Below, piece after piece: positions 36,957 to 45,924 of a DNA stretch of 64,000 nucleotides (the first letter of the stretch is position 1; every line of letters starts with the position of its first letter). Location: contig CALWJM010000008.1 of the NCBI GenBank assembly GCA_944381005.1, positions 713 through 64,712 of the forward strand, given 5' to 3'. This DNA comes from an uncultured Butyricicoccus sp. (GTDB lineage: Bacteria > Bacillota > Clostridia > Oscillospirales > Butyricicoccaceae). Both the position numbers and the translations under genes were made by a program. The notes below the pieces were generated by a model. It was not told where the DNA came from and made no database searches. It saw only the letters and a program-made list of their open reading frames with translations.

Positions 36957-37994
36957 TTACTTGATGTAATCCTGAGCGTTTTCAGGGGTTACCTTAACAT
37001 AGTCAACATAAATGGACTGTTCGCCCTCTGCGAAGGTCTTGCCGCCCAGCAGTTCTTCCATAGATGCAACTGCCTGTGTTGCCTGACCGTTGGCATCGTT
37101 CAGAACGGTACCGGTCATGTTGCCGGCAACGACTTCGTTCAGCGCTGCGTCCAGTGCGTCTACGCCAACCAGATAAATGTCTTCGTTAACCTTGCGGCCT
37201 GCTGCCTGAATGGCCTGCAAAGCACCGATTGCCATGTCGTCGTTGTTGCAGAATACGACTTCAATCTGGTCACCAAACTTTGCAAGGTCGTTCTGTGCAA
37301 TTTCCTGACCCTTGTTGCGGTCCCAGTCGCCGCGCTGGAGGTCGAGCTGTTCAACGGTCATGCCAGCATCGGTCAGAGCCTTAACCGAATATTCGGTGCG
37401 CAGCTTGGCATCAATGTTTTCGGGGTCGCCCTGAATCATGATGTAAGAAACCTTGCCATCGCCGTTGATATCGCCCTTGTTCTCGGTTTCGAGAATCAGT
37501 TCGCCCTGGAAAGTACCGGACTGTGCAGCGTCACAACCAACATAAACCAACTTTTCGTAAGCTGCCATCTGCTCTGCGGTCGGCTCACGGTTGATGATAA
37601 CGGTCGGAATGTCAGCCTGCTTTACGGCTGCGATGATGCTGTCGGCTGCCGAGGTCATAACCGGGTTGATAATCAGAGCGTCCATGCCCTGAGTAATGAA
37701 TGTGTTAATCTGCTCGGTCTGCTTAGCCTGGTCGTTGTTGCCGTCTACGACGGTGACTTCATAGCCCTTTTCTTCCAGCATGGATTGCAGTGCATTGCGG
37801 TAGGTGGTCATGAAAGCATCGTCAAACTTATAAATACAAACGCCGACTTTGAGCTTTTCACCGGTGGGGGTTGCCTCAGCCGACTGAGACTCGCCAGACG
37901 AACCGCTGTCCGATGTCGAGGCGTTGGTGCCACCGCAAGCGGCAAGTGACAGGCACACGGCTGCTGACAGCATCAGTGCAAGAAATCGTTTCAT
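36957..37994 (-). CDS. mglB: Galactose/glucose-binding lipoprotein
   Basis: Lipobox LAAC; YKFDDAFM, WDRNKGQ, CNNDDMAIGA, GVDA, GTVLND. Confidence 0.92.
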   Translation of the reverse strand: MKRFLALMLSAAVCLSLAACGGTNASTSDSGSSGESQSAEATPTGEKLKVGVCIYKFDDAFMTTYRNALQSMLEEKGYEVTVVDGNNDQAKQTEQINTFITQGMDALIINPVMTSAADSIIAAVKQADIPTVIINREPTAEQMAAYEKLVYVGCDAAQSGTFQGELILETENKGDINGDGKVSYIMIQGDPENIDAKLRTEYSVKALTDAGMTVEQLDLQRGDWDRNKGQEIAQNDLAKFGDQIEVVFCNNDDMAIGALQAIQAAGRKVNEDIYLVGVDALDAALNEVVAGNMTGTVLNDANGQATQAVASMEELLGGKTFAEGEQSIYVDYVKVTPENAQDYIK

Positions 37995-38120
37995 GATAAA
38001 TTCGCTCCTTTTCGCTTTTCCTTTTCATTCTTCTGAACAGATGCCTGTTCGGGTCATCTGTTCCTCTCTGTGCTTTCATTGTAGCACCGCTTTGGCAGAA
38101 ATAGCAAGCGAAGAATGTCG

Positions 38121-38138
38121 TTTTACTAAATTTTTAGT
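38121..38138. promoter_or_regulatory. GalR-type operator in mglB/galR divergent region
   Basis: TTTTACTAAA-TTTTTAGT, same 10-mer as at gal promoter 29042. Confidence 0.6.
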
Positions 38139-38364
38139 TCCTCTGACAATTTCACTTTTTGCCGTTTGGATATATTGCACAAATTCTTTGCCATATGGTA
38201 CAATTTATCATAGAGAAATTTGACATACTGAAAACGACTGGGCAATTTTGTCATACTATTACAAAATTTTTTACTTGCTTTTTGCACTGCGCTCAGCTTA
38301 AAATGAATAATAGAAAACATTTGGTAAAGTTCACAACAACTTCACAATAAAGGCGGTGCTGAAC

Positions 38365-39411
38365 ATGGCAACATTGAAAGAACTTGCGGCGTATACCAAT
38401 TTATCCATCGCAACGATATCGCGCATTTTAAACAATGACCCGACGATGGCAGCAAGTGAAGATACCCGCCGCCGCGTACTGGAAGCCGCTGGTACGTTGG
38501 GGTATAAAAAACATAACAAAAATAAGGTTACATCCAGTATGCGCTTTGGCGTGGCTGAAATGCTTACACCGGCAGAGCAACTGGAAGACCCATTTTATTT
38601 ATATCTGAAAAATTTTGTTGCACAGGAATGTATGGAACAAAAAATTGACCTTATCCCACTTCAGCGGGAAGGGGAATCATTTGTTGTGCCCTATCCTGTA
38701 CCCATTAATGGTATTATTGCAATCGGTATTTTTACAAGGGCGCAGATTGAAGCGCTGCACCAATTATCAGATACCCTGCTATTTGTGGATTCTTCGCCCG
38801 ATGAAGCGCGCAGTGATTCGGTGGTCATCAATTACCGATTGGGCATTGAACAGGCGTTGGAACATTTATTTTCCCTTGGACATCGCCAGATTGGATTTGT
38901 AGGCCCGGCCGACAAACTGGATGACTGGAAGCAACCAGCACCCGAAATCCGTCGGCAGTTGTTCATACACTTTATGAGTGCGCACAACGACTATGAAAGC
39001 AATTTTTTGATTGATGTCCCGACAAATGCAGTTTTGACCGAACAGGCTGTTACCGCATATTTGCAGCAAGGATGCCCGCTGCCAACCGCTTTCCTGACGG
39101 CAAATGAAGAAAATGCGATTGGTACGGTGCGTGCATTGAAAGCAGCGGGTTTTTCCATTCCCGAAGACGTTTCCATTATTTCCTTCAACGATACACCGCT
39201 ATCGGAGTTGATGGAGCCGCCGTTGACGTCGATTTCTACCCGTGTGCAGGAAATGAGTTGTATTGCTGTGCATTTGCTGATGGAGCGAACCAGCAATTCT
39301 GGATTTTTGGGGGATATTCCAGTCAAGCTGATTGTTCCACCGACTTTGGTGGTGCGGGGAAGCACTTCGCAACCGCCGCTTGCTTGTATTTCGGATGATT
39401 TTGCAGATTAA
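38365..39411 (+). CDS. galR: LacI family repressor, probably GalR
   Basis: MATLKELA...SIATISRILN HTH; EQLEDPFY; divergent from mgl and near gal genes. Confidence 0.8.
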   Translation: MATLKELAAYTNLSIATISRILNNDPTMAASEDTRRRVLEAAGTLGYKKHNKNKVTSSMRFGVAEMLTPAEQLEDPFYLYLKNFVAQECMEQKIDLIPLQREGESFVVPYPVPINGIIAIGIFTRAQIEALHQLSDTLLFVDSSPDEARSDSVVINYRLGIEQALEHLFSLGHRQIGFVGPADKLDDWKQPAPEIRRQLFIHFMSAHNDYESNFLIDVPTNAVLTEQAVTAYLQQGCPLPTAFLTANEENAIGTVRALKAAGFSIPEDVSIISFNDTPLSELMEPPLTSISTRVQEMSCIAVHLLMERTSNSGFLGDIPVKLIVPPTLVVRGSTSQPPLACISDDFAD

Positions 39412-39451
39412 ACGCATGATGGTGCAACTATACATTGTAATCCAATAATAC

Positions 39452-39490
39452 AAAAATCCACTGATTGTTTTGTAATCAGTGGATTTTTTT
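39452..39490 (+). terminator. Terminator after galR
   Basis: AAAAATCCACTGATT...AATCAGTGGATTTTTTT. Confidence 0.85.
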
Positions 39491-39664
39491 GTCAATGTCA
39501 AGTGATGGGAAAATGAGGATACACACGAAGATGATTATGAAAAAGGAATAAAAAAGCAAGGTAAAACCAAACTATTTTTGTATTTCCTAACAGATAGGAA
39601 AGGATGCTAGTCCCTAAATTAAATTTTATGTCGTATAATTTAAAGCAACAAGGGGAGGAAGCCG

Positions 39665-41566
39665 ATGTTGACTTTAAGACAAAGGGCAATCATTGATATT
39701 CTGAGCAGCGAAGGACATGCAGTGACCGGTCGAGAATTGGCGCAAATGTTAGGGGTATCAGACCGCACCATCCGCTCAGATATTGATGAACTCAATCGAA
39801 AATCCCAATGTGAGTTAATCAAGGCAAGTCATCGAACTGGATACAGTTTAAATGCAGATGCCTTAAAAATACAGCAAAATGTGAAAAAAGAAACCATTCC
39901 GCAGACCTCGCAGCAGCGATGTGTTTATTTGATTAAGGAGTTATTGTTCCACCGGCAGGAAATCAATCTGATTGAATTGCAAAGTCAAGTATTTGTCAGC
40001 GGTTATTCGATTGATAATGATATTCGCAAAATCCGTGCCATGATTCGGGAATATCCGGGACTGCGGTTGGTGCGCAGTAAAAATCACTTGCGGCTGGAAG
40101 GCGAAGAAAGCGAAAAGCGCAAGTTATATAAAAAATTATTGGCGCGAGAGACAGAGGGAAATTTTATCAATCTGAGTGCAATTGCGAATATTTGGCAGGA
40201 GTTTGACCTGCTGGAATTGAAAGATGCACTAGAAGAAATCTGTAAGAAATATGATTATCATATTTCGGATTTGGCATATCCCATGCTGATGCTTCACGCA
40301 GGCGTATCGGTCGAGCGTATTCTGCATCACAATTTTGTGGAGGAAGCCGACTGCGATGCACGCTTGACCAAGCGGCTGGAATATCAGATTGCCAACGAAC
40401 TGTTCCAGAAAATCGCGGAATTGTACCATATTGAGCGGGTGGAAGATGAGGTCAGCCGGTTCGCCGAACTGTTGATGAAAAAGAATAATCTGTATCACAG
40501 TCAGAGCGATGAAAACCTAGACCATTTAACCCAGTTGATTTTACAGAATATACAGACACGTTTTGATATTGATTTGAGCGGCGATGAGGAGTTTGTAAAC
40601 GGCATTATGTCCCACATTCGCCTGCTTATCAAACGCCTGCATCAGCAGGTGGAACCGACAAACTTCTGCTTGCCTGAAATCAAGTGGAAATACCCGTTGA
40701 TTTTTGAAATGGCGGTCGCGGTAGCCGGATGTATTGAGGAGTCTTACGGATGTAAACTCAATGAAAATGAGATTTGCTATCTGGCCTTGCATCTTGGCGT
40801 AGCATATGAACGTTCCAGCGCGGTTCGGCGCTATCGGGCGGTGTTGATTGCGCCTAACAGTTATATCACGATAACCCGCCAGTGTATGAACAGCTTGGTG
40901 CAGCGGTTTGGTAATCGTATGGAGATTGTTAGTCGATACAACCTGTTCGATGAACGCAAGGTATTGCAGGACAGCCCGGATTTGATTTTATCTACCGTTT
41001 CGCTTCAGCATAATTTGAATGTTCCGACCGTGCAGATTTCGCTTTTTGTCAGTGCAGAGGATGAAAGTCGTATCTTTCAGACTCTGAACCGTATGGACAA
41101 AGTGCGATATCATCAGGAGTTTGTGCAGCAGGTGCAAGACATTATGCGTCCGGAACTGTTTGCTATTAAGCAGAGTATGGGCAGCCGAGATGAAATCCTT
41201 GATTTCCTGTGCGGAAAGGTGCAGGCGGCCGGATTGGACAACGGCAGTTTGAAAGAATATGTGCTGCACCGTGAATCCTATGCGTCTACATCGTTTGTGT
41301 ATGGCTTTGCCATTCCTCATGCGATGGGTTCGTTTGTCCAAAAAACCAGTATTTCCATTTTACTGCTGCGTGAACCAGTAAAGTGGGGAGATTTTGATAT
41401 CCGTCTTGTGGTATTGCTCGCCATACGCGAGGAGGATAACAACGTACTGAAAGTATTTTTGGATTGGTTATTCCACATTGTAAGCGACCGAGCCAAATTT
41501 GCAGAATTGATAAGCGCGCAAAGTTTTGAAGAATTTTTGGAACATGTGATACATGTGGATAAATGA
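39665..41566 (+). CDS. PRD-domain transcription activator (LicR/MtlR type) with EIIB- and EIIA-like domains
   Basis: HTH_11 (LAQMLGVSDRTIRSDI), Mga-like HTH, PRD His motifs (LMLH, IMSH, LALH), C-terminal EIIA FAIPH. Confidence 0.9.
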   Translation: MLTLRQRAIIDILSSEGHAVTGRELAQMLGVSDRTIRSDIDELNRKSQCELIKASHRTGYSLNADALKIQQNVKKETIPQTSQQRCVYLIKELLFHRQEINLIELQSQVFVSGYSIDNDIRKIRAMIREYPGLRLVRSKNHLRLEGEESEKRKLYKKLLARETEGNFINLSAIANIWQEFDLLELKDALEEICKKYDYHISDLAYPMLMLHAGVSVERILHHNFVEEADCDARLTKRLEYQIANELFQKIAELYHIERVEDEVSRFAELLMKKNNLYHSQSDENLDHLTQLILQNIQTRFDIDLSGDEEFVNGIMSHIRLLIKRLHQQVEPTNFCLPEIKWKYPLIFEMAVAVAGCIEESYGCKLNENEICYLALHLGVAYERSSAVRRYRAVLIAPNSYITITRQCMNSLVQRFGNRMEIVSRYNLFDERKVLQDSPDLILSTVSLQHNLNVPTVQISLFVSAEDESRIFQTLNRMDKVRYHQEFVQQVQDIMRPELFAIKQSMGSRDEILDFLCGKVQAAGLDNGSLKEYVLHRESYASTSFVYGFAIPHAMGSFVQKTSISILLLREPVKWGDFDIRLVVLLAIREEDNNVLKVFLDWLFHIVSDRAKFAELISAQSFEEFLEHVIHVDK

Positions 41567-41588
41567 GCAAACAGAAAGGACAGTGAGC

Positions 41589-42158
41589 ATGACCAAGGCA
41601 GCAACCAAGCGGCAATCGGCTGCACAGACCGCGCAGGCCAGTTTAAGCCGTCGATTTTTTGCGTATCTGATTGACTGGTATGTGGGCGGTCTGGCGACCG
41701 CGCTTCCCGTCGCATTCTTTTCCATGCGGCAGTACCAGACCGTGCAAAATCAAAACATCATGCAGTTTACTGCGCCTTATGGCGTAGTAGCTGGTGTGTT
41801 GGCACTGATATGTGCGGTGCTTTATTATGCCGTTATTCCGGCGTGTGTATGGAAAGGACAGACACCGGGAAAGCGGATGCTGCATCTGAAAATCGTCCAC
41901 ACAGATGGCACAGATGTAACGGCTGGCACAATTTTTTTGCGGCAGCTTGTGGGAATTATCGTATTAGAAGGCGGTTTGGTCACGGCTAGTACGATTTGGC
42001 ATCAGGTGGCAACGCTTTTGACCGGAGTGGAACTGGTCAAGCCGCTGATGTATGTGGGGATGGTCGTCAGCGTGATTTCAGCGCTGTTGGTTGCGGCGCG
42101 CAATCATACCGCGATTCATGACCGGTTAGCCGGTACACAGGTCGTTCAGCAGGCATAA
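41589..42158 (+). CDS. RDD family membrane protein
   Basis: LSRRFFAYLID, GQTPGKRMLHLKIV, HDRLAGT; ATG 41589 after AAAGGA. Confidence 0.88.
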   Translation: MTKAATKRQSAAQTAQASLSRRFFAYLIDWYVGGLATALPVAFFSMRQYQTVQNQNIMQFTAPYGVVAGVLALICAVLYYAVIPACVWKGQTPGKRMLHLKIVHTDGTDVTAGTIFLRQLVGIIVLEGGLVTASTIWHQVATLLTGVELVKPLMYVGMVVSVISALLVAARNHTAIHDRLAGTQVVQQA

Positions 42159-42217
42159 TGCCTGAACAGAGAGAGAAGCAATTTTCCCTAAAATATATTT
42201 AAATAAGGAGAATGGTT

Positions 42218-42538
42218 ATGGAAGGCATGGAACTGATTTGTTTCAACATTATTTCGTCGGTGGGCATGGCAAAGTCGAGCTATGTCGAGGCAATGCGCGC
42301 CGCCGCGGCGGGGAACTTTGATGAGGCAGCGGCTAAAATCAAAGAGGGCGACGGCTTCTACGCACAGGGACACAATGCACATTCGGATTTGATTGCACAG
42401 GAGTCCAACGGCACACCGGTTACCCCCAGTTTGCTGCTGCTCCATGCAGAAGACCAGATGATGTCGTCGGAAACGATTCGTTTGATGGCCGAAGAAAATA
42501 TCAAGTTGTACAAGAAACTGTCTGAGATGGCAAATTAA
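42218..42538 (+). CDS. PTS Lac/Cel family EIIA
   Basis: IISSVGMAKS, HNAHSDLI, LLHAEDQMM. Confidence 0.93.
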   Translation: MEGMELICFNIISSVGMAKSSYVEAMRAAAAGNFDEAAAKIKEGDGFYAQGHNAHSDLIAQESNGTPVTPSLLLLHAEDQMMSSETIRLMAEENIKLYKKLSEMAN

Positions 42539-42601
42539 CGGACACAAGGAGGCCAATAACACTCCATTCACGATGGTTTCATAAAAAAGGGAGGAATAAA
42601 A

Positions 42602-42922
42602 ATGAAAAAGATTTATCTGTTCTGTTCCGCAGGCATGTCCACCAGTATGTTGGCAAGCAAGATGCAGGAAACGGCTGACGCACACAATCTGCCGATTAAG
42701 GTTGCGGCATATGCACATAACAAGCTGGGAGAGATTCTGGATTCTGACCGCCCCGATTGCATTCTGCTCGGGCCTCAGGTCAAGTACATGTATGATGAAA
42801 CGGTTGCGCAGTACGGCAAGGAAGGCATTCCGATTGCGGTCATTGATGCAGGGGATTATGGCATGATGAACGGCGAAAAGGTGCTCAAGTCCGCCATTAA
42901 ACTGATTAAGCAGAGCAAATAA
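42602..42922 (+). CDS. PTS Lac/Cel family EIIB
   Basis: LFCSAGMSTSML, LLGPQVKY, YGMMNG. Confidence 0.95.
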   Translation: MKKIYLFCSAGMSTSMLASKMQETADAHNLPIKVAAYAHNKLGEILDSDRPDCILLGPQVKYMYDETVAQYGKEGIPIAVIDAGDYGMMNGEKVLKSAIKLIKQSK

Positions 42923-42939
42923 TAAGAGGGGGCAGGGAT

Positions 42940-44307
42940 ATGCTGCGCAAACTTGAAAAAATCTTCATGCCAATGGCTGAAGCGATTGGTAAAAACCGGT
43001 ATTTGATTGCGATTCGTGACGGCTTTCTGGTATCCATGCCGTTGCTGGTTGCAGGTTCTATTTTCCTGATTATCGCAAACTTCCCGATTCAGGCATGGAT
43101 GGATTGGTTGTCGTCCATCGTTGTCAATGAAAATACGGGTGAGACGCTGGCATCCATGCTCAATAAGCCTTCGGATGCAACGTTTACCATCATGGCAGTA
43201 TTTGCTGTTATGGGTATTGCGAACAGCTTTGCCAAGCAGTTAAAGACAAATCCGCTGTTTGGTTCGGCAGTTGCACTGATGAGCTGGTTTATGCTCATGC
43301 CGTACCTGATTCCGTCCACTGTTACTGTAGGGGATGCTACAGGCGACGTTATGGTGAAGGGCTTGTCGCTGGGCTGGCTGGGTGCCAAGGGCATTTTCGT
43401 CGGCATTATCTGTGCATTTGTTTCGGTACATATCTACGCATGGGTAGAACAGAAGGGCTGGGTCATCAAGATGCCGGCTGGCGTTCCGCCCACGGTTGTA
43501 GAGTCGTTCTCGGCACTGATTCCGGCCACAGTTGTTATGACCGTATTTGGTGCTATCAACCTTGGATTCAACTTCGCAAATACCAATGCGTTCCAGATTA
43601 TCTTTGATTTCCTTCAGACCCCGTTGCTCAATCTGGGCGATACGCTGGGCGCAATGGTAACCGCTTATATTTTCCTGCATTTCTTCTGGTTCTTCGGTGT
43701 CAACGGCGGTTCGGTCGTTGGTGCGGTATTCAACCCCATCCTGCAAACCCTGTCGCTGGAGAACTTGGAATACTTCCGCACCGGTGTAGGCAGTGGCCAC
43801 ATCATTTGCCAGCAGTTCCAAGACCTGTTTGCAACTTTCGGCGGTGCAGGTTCTACCCTGTCGCTGGTTATTGCAATGATACTGTTCTGTAAGTCCAAGC
43901 GTATTACTGAGCTTGGTAAACTGTCACTGGTACCCGGTATCTTTAACATCAATGAACCGATTATCTTTGGTCTGCCTATCGTACTCAACCCGACCATGAT
44001 TATTCCGTTCATGCTGGTACCGACCATGAACATTGTCATTTCTTATTTTGCAATGGCGCTCAAACTGGTACCGATTTGCTCCGGTGTCAATATCCCGTGG
44101 ACTTGCCCGCTGGGTATTTCGGGTGTGCTGGCGACCAACTGGGTAGGTGGTCTGCTGCAAATTGCACTGTTGACTTTGGGTGTATTTGTGTACATGCCGT
44201 TCATCAAGACCATGGATAACCAGTATATCAAGGAGGAAGCAGAGGCAGCGAAGCAGGCAGATGAAGATGACATCTCGCTGGATGACCTGTCGTTTGATGA
44301 CCTTTAA
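42940..44307 (+). CDS. PTS Lac/Cel family EIIC
   Basis: AIRDGF, FFWFFGVNG, GGAGSTL, PGIFNINEPIIFGLPIVLNP; acidic C-terminal tail. Confidence 0.95.
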   Translation: MLRKLEKIFMPMAEAIGKNRYLIAIRDGFLVSMPLLVAGSIFLIIANFPIQAWMDWLSSIVVNENTGETLASMLNKPSDATFTIMAVFAVMGIANSFAKQLKTNPLFGSAVALMSWFMLMPYLIPSTVTVGDATGDVMVKGLSLGWLGAKGIFVGIICAFVSVHIYAWVEQKGWVIKMPAGVPPTVVESFSALIPATVVMTVFGAINLGFNFANTNAFQIIFDFLQTPLLNLGDTLGAMVTAYIFLHFFWFFGVNGGSVVGAVFNPILQTLSLENLEYFRTGVGSGHIICQQFQDLFATFGGAGSTLSLVIAMILFCKSKRITELGKLSLVPGIFNINEPIIFGLPIVLNPTMIIPFMLVPTMNIVISYFAMALKLVPICSGVNIPWTCPLGISGVLATNWVGGLLQIALLTLGVFVYMPFIKTMDNQYIKEEAEAAKQADEDDISLDDLSFDDL

Positions 44308-44337
44308 GCAAGCGTTGGCATGTGAGGAGGACGTTTT

Positions 44338-44862
44338 ATGAAAATCATTATGATTTATGACCAGATTCAGGCTGGTGCAGGTATCAAGGATGACCATATG
44401 GTGCCATTGGGAGCGAGCAAAGACCCCGTCGGCCCGGCGCGTATGATGGAGCCGTTTTTAAAGAAAGTGGACGGACGAGTTGTGGCTTGTCTGTATTGTG
44501 GGGACGGATTCTTTGAAAACGACCCGGCAGAAGTCAGCCGTAAGCTGTGCGCCATGGTCAAAAAGCTGGGGCCTGATGTGGTCATGTGCGGCCCAGCGTT
44601 TAACTACTTGGGTTATGGCAAGATGGCGGCCAAGGTAGCGCATGACATTGTCACCACCACAGGTGTTCGGGCGTTTGCGGCGATGTCCAAGGAAAATGAG
44701 GACACGATTGCGCAGTATAAAGACAAGATTCACATTGTCGAGACGCCGAAAAAAGGTGGTACCGGGCTGAATGAGGCGCTGGAAGGTATGTGCCTGCTGG
44801 CAAAAGCCATGGTAGACGGCAAAGATGAGAATGAAGTAGCGGCGAAATACTGTTTTCGCTGA
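44338..44862 (+). CDS. GrdB/PrdB N-terminal-domain-related putative oxidoreductase
   Basis: DQIQAGAG, LYCGDGFF, PDVVMCGPAFNYLGYG, AAMSKEN resemble reductase component B N-terminus. Confidence 0.75.
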   Translation: MKIIMIYDQIQAGAGIKDDHMVPLGASKDPVGPARMMEPFLKKVDGRVVACLYCGDGFFENDPAEVSRKLCAMVKKLGPDVVMCGPAFNYLGYGKMAAKVAHDIVTTTGVRAFAAMSKENEDTIAQYKDKIHIVETPKKGGTGLNEALEGMCLLAKAMVDGKDENEVAAKYCFR

Positions 44863-44873
44863 ACAATGAAAGA

Positions 44874-44918
44874 GGGATGCGCGGTTCCGGTAACGGATGG
44901 CCGCGCCCCCGCTTTTTT
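44874..44918 (+). terminator. GC-rich hairpin with GTAA tetraloop and T tract inside the operon
   Basis: GCGCGGTTCCG-GTAA-CGGATGGCCGCGC...TTTTTT. Confidence 0.6.
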
Positions 44919-44965
44919 GCGGGAAAATTGGTAGAGTTTTGCACAGACGAAAGGAAGGTACGGTT

Positions 44966-45922
44966 ATGTGGGGCATTATTGCAACGTGGAGAATGGCAGT
45001 TGAGGGCATTACCAAAGCGAGTGAAATGCTCAAAAACGGCGGAAATGCAGGAGACGCAATTGAAGTTGCGGTTAAGGAAGTAGAAGATTTTCCGTATTAC
45101 AAGTCGGTCGGATATGGCGGGCTGCCCAATGAGGAAATGGAAGTTGAGCTGGACGCAGCATATATGGACGGCGATACCCTGGACATTGGCGCAGTAGCGG
45201 CAATCAAGGATTTTGCCAATCCGATTTCAATTGCGCGCCGGCTGTCACAGGAGTCGGTCAATAACCTGCTGGTAGGGGAAGGAGCCGAAAAATTTGCGCA
45301 TCGCCACGGCTTTGAGCGCAAGAACATGCTGACCGACCGTGCCAAGATTCACTATCATAACCGCGTCAAAGAAGTGCAGGAAACCGAAATCAAGCCCTAT
45401 GCCGGACATGATACCGTTGGTATGGTTTGTCTGGACAGTGCGGGCAAGATGACCGCGGCTACTTCGACCAGCGGCTTGTTTATGAAGAAAAAAGGCCGTG
45501 TGGGTGATTCTCCGATATCCGGTTCGGGCTTCTATGTAGACAGCGAAGTTGGCGGCGCGAGCGCCACCGGACTGGGCGAAGATGTGATGAAGGGCTGTGT
45601 TTCGTATGAGATTGTGCGGCTGATGAAAGAGGGAATGCACCCGCAGCAGGCTTGCGAAACCGCAGTCAATCTGTTTGACAAGACGCTGCGCGAACGCCGG
45701 GGCAAAGCGGGCGATATGTCGCTGATTGCCATGAATAACAAGGGAGAATGGGGCGTGGCAACCAACATTGAAGGCTTTTCTTTCTCGGTTGCCACAGAAG
45801 GCCAGGAGCCGATTGTGTACTTGACCAAGAATGTAGATGGCAAGTGCATCCATGAGGTGGCAAGCCAAGAATGGCTTGACGAGTACATGCGCACCCGCAC
45901 CGCACCGCTGGTAGAGAAGTAA
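44966..45922 (+). CDS. Ntn-hydrolase of asparaginase_2 family, probably N4-(beta-N-acetylglucosaminyl)-L-asparaginase
   Basis: SVGYGGLPN, ELDA.YMDG, GHD|TVG autocleavage, ATSTSG, GRVGDSP, ATGLGE; ATG 44966 after AAGGAAGG. Confidence 0.88.
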   Translation: MWGIIATWRMAVEGITKASEMLKNGGNAGDAIEVAVKEVEDFPYYKSVGYGGLPNEEMEVELDAAYMDGDTLDIGAVAAIKDFANPISIARRLSQESVNNLLVGEGAEKFAHRHGFERKNMLTDRAKIHYHNRVKEVQETEIKPYAGHDTVGMVCLDSAGKMTAATSTSGLFMKKKGRVGDSPISGSGFYVDSEVGGASATGLGEDVMKGCVSYEIVRLMKEGMHPQQACETAVNLFDKTLRERRGKAGDMSLIAMNNKGEWGVATNIEGFSFSVATEGQEPIVYLTKNVDGKCIHEVASQEWLDEYMRTRTAPLVEK

Positions 45923-45924
45923 AC

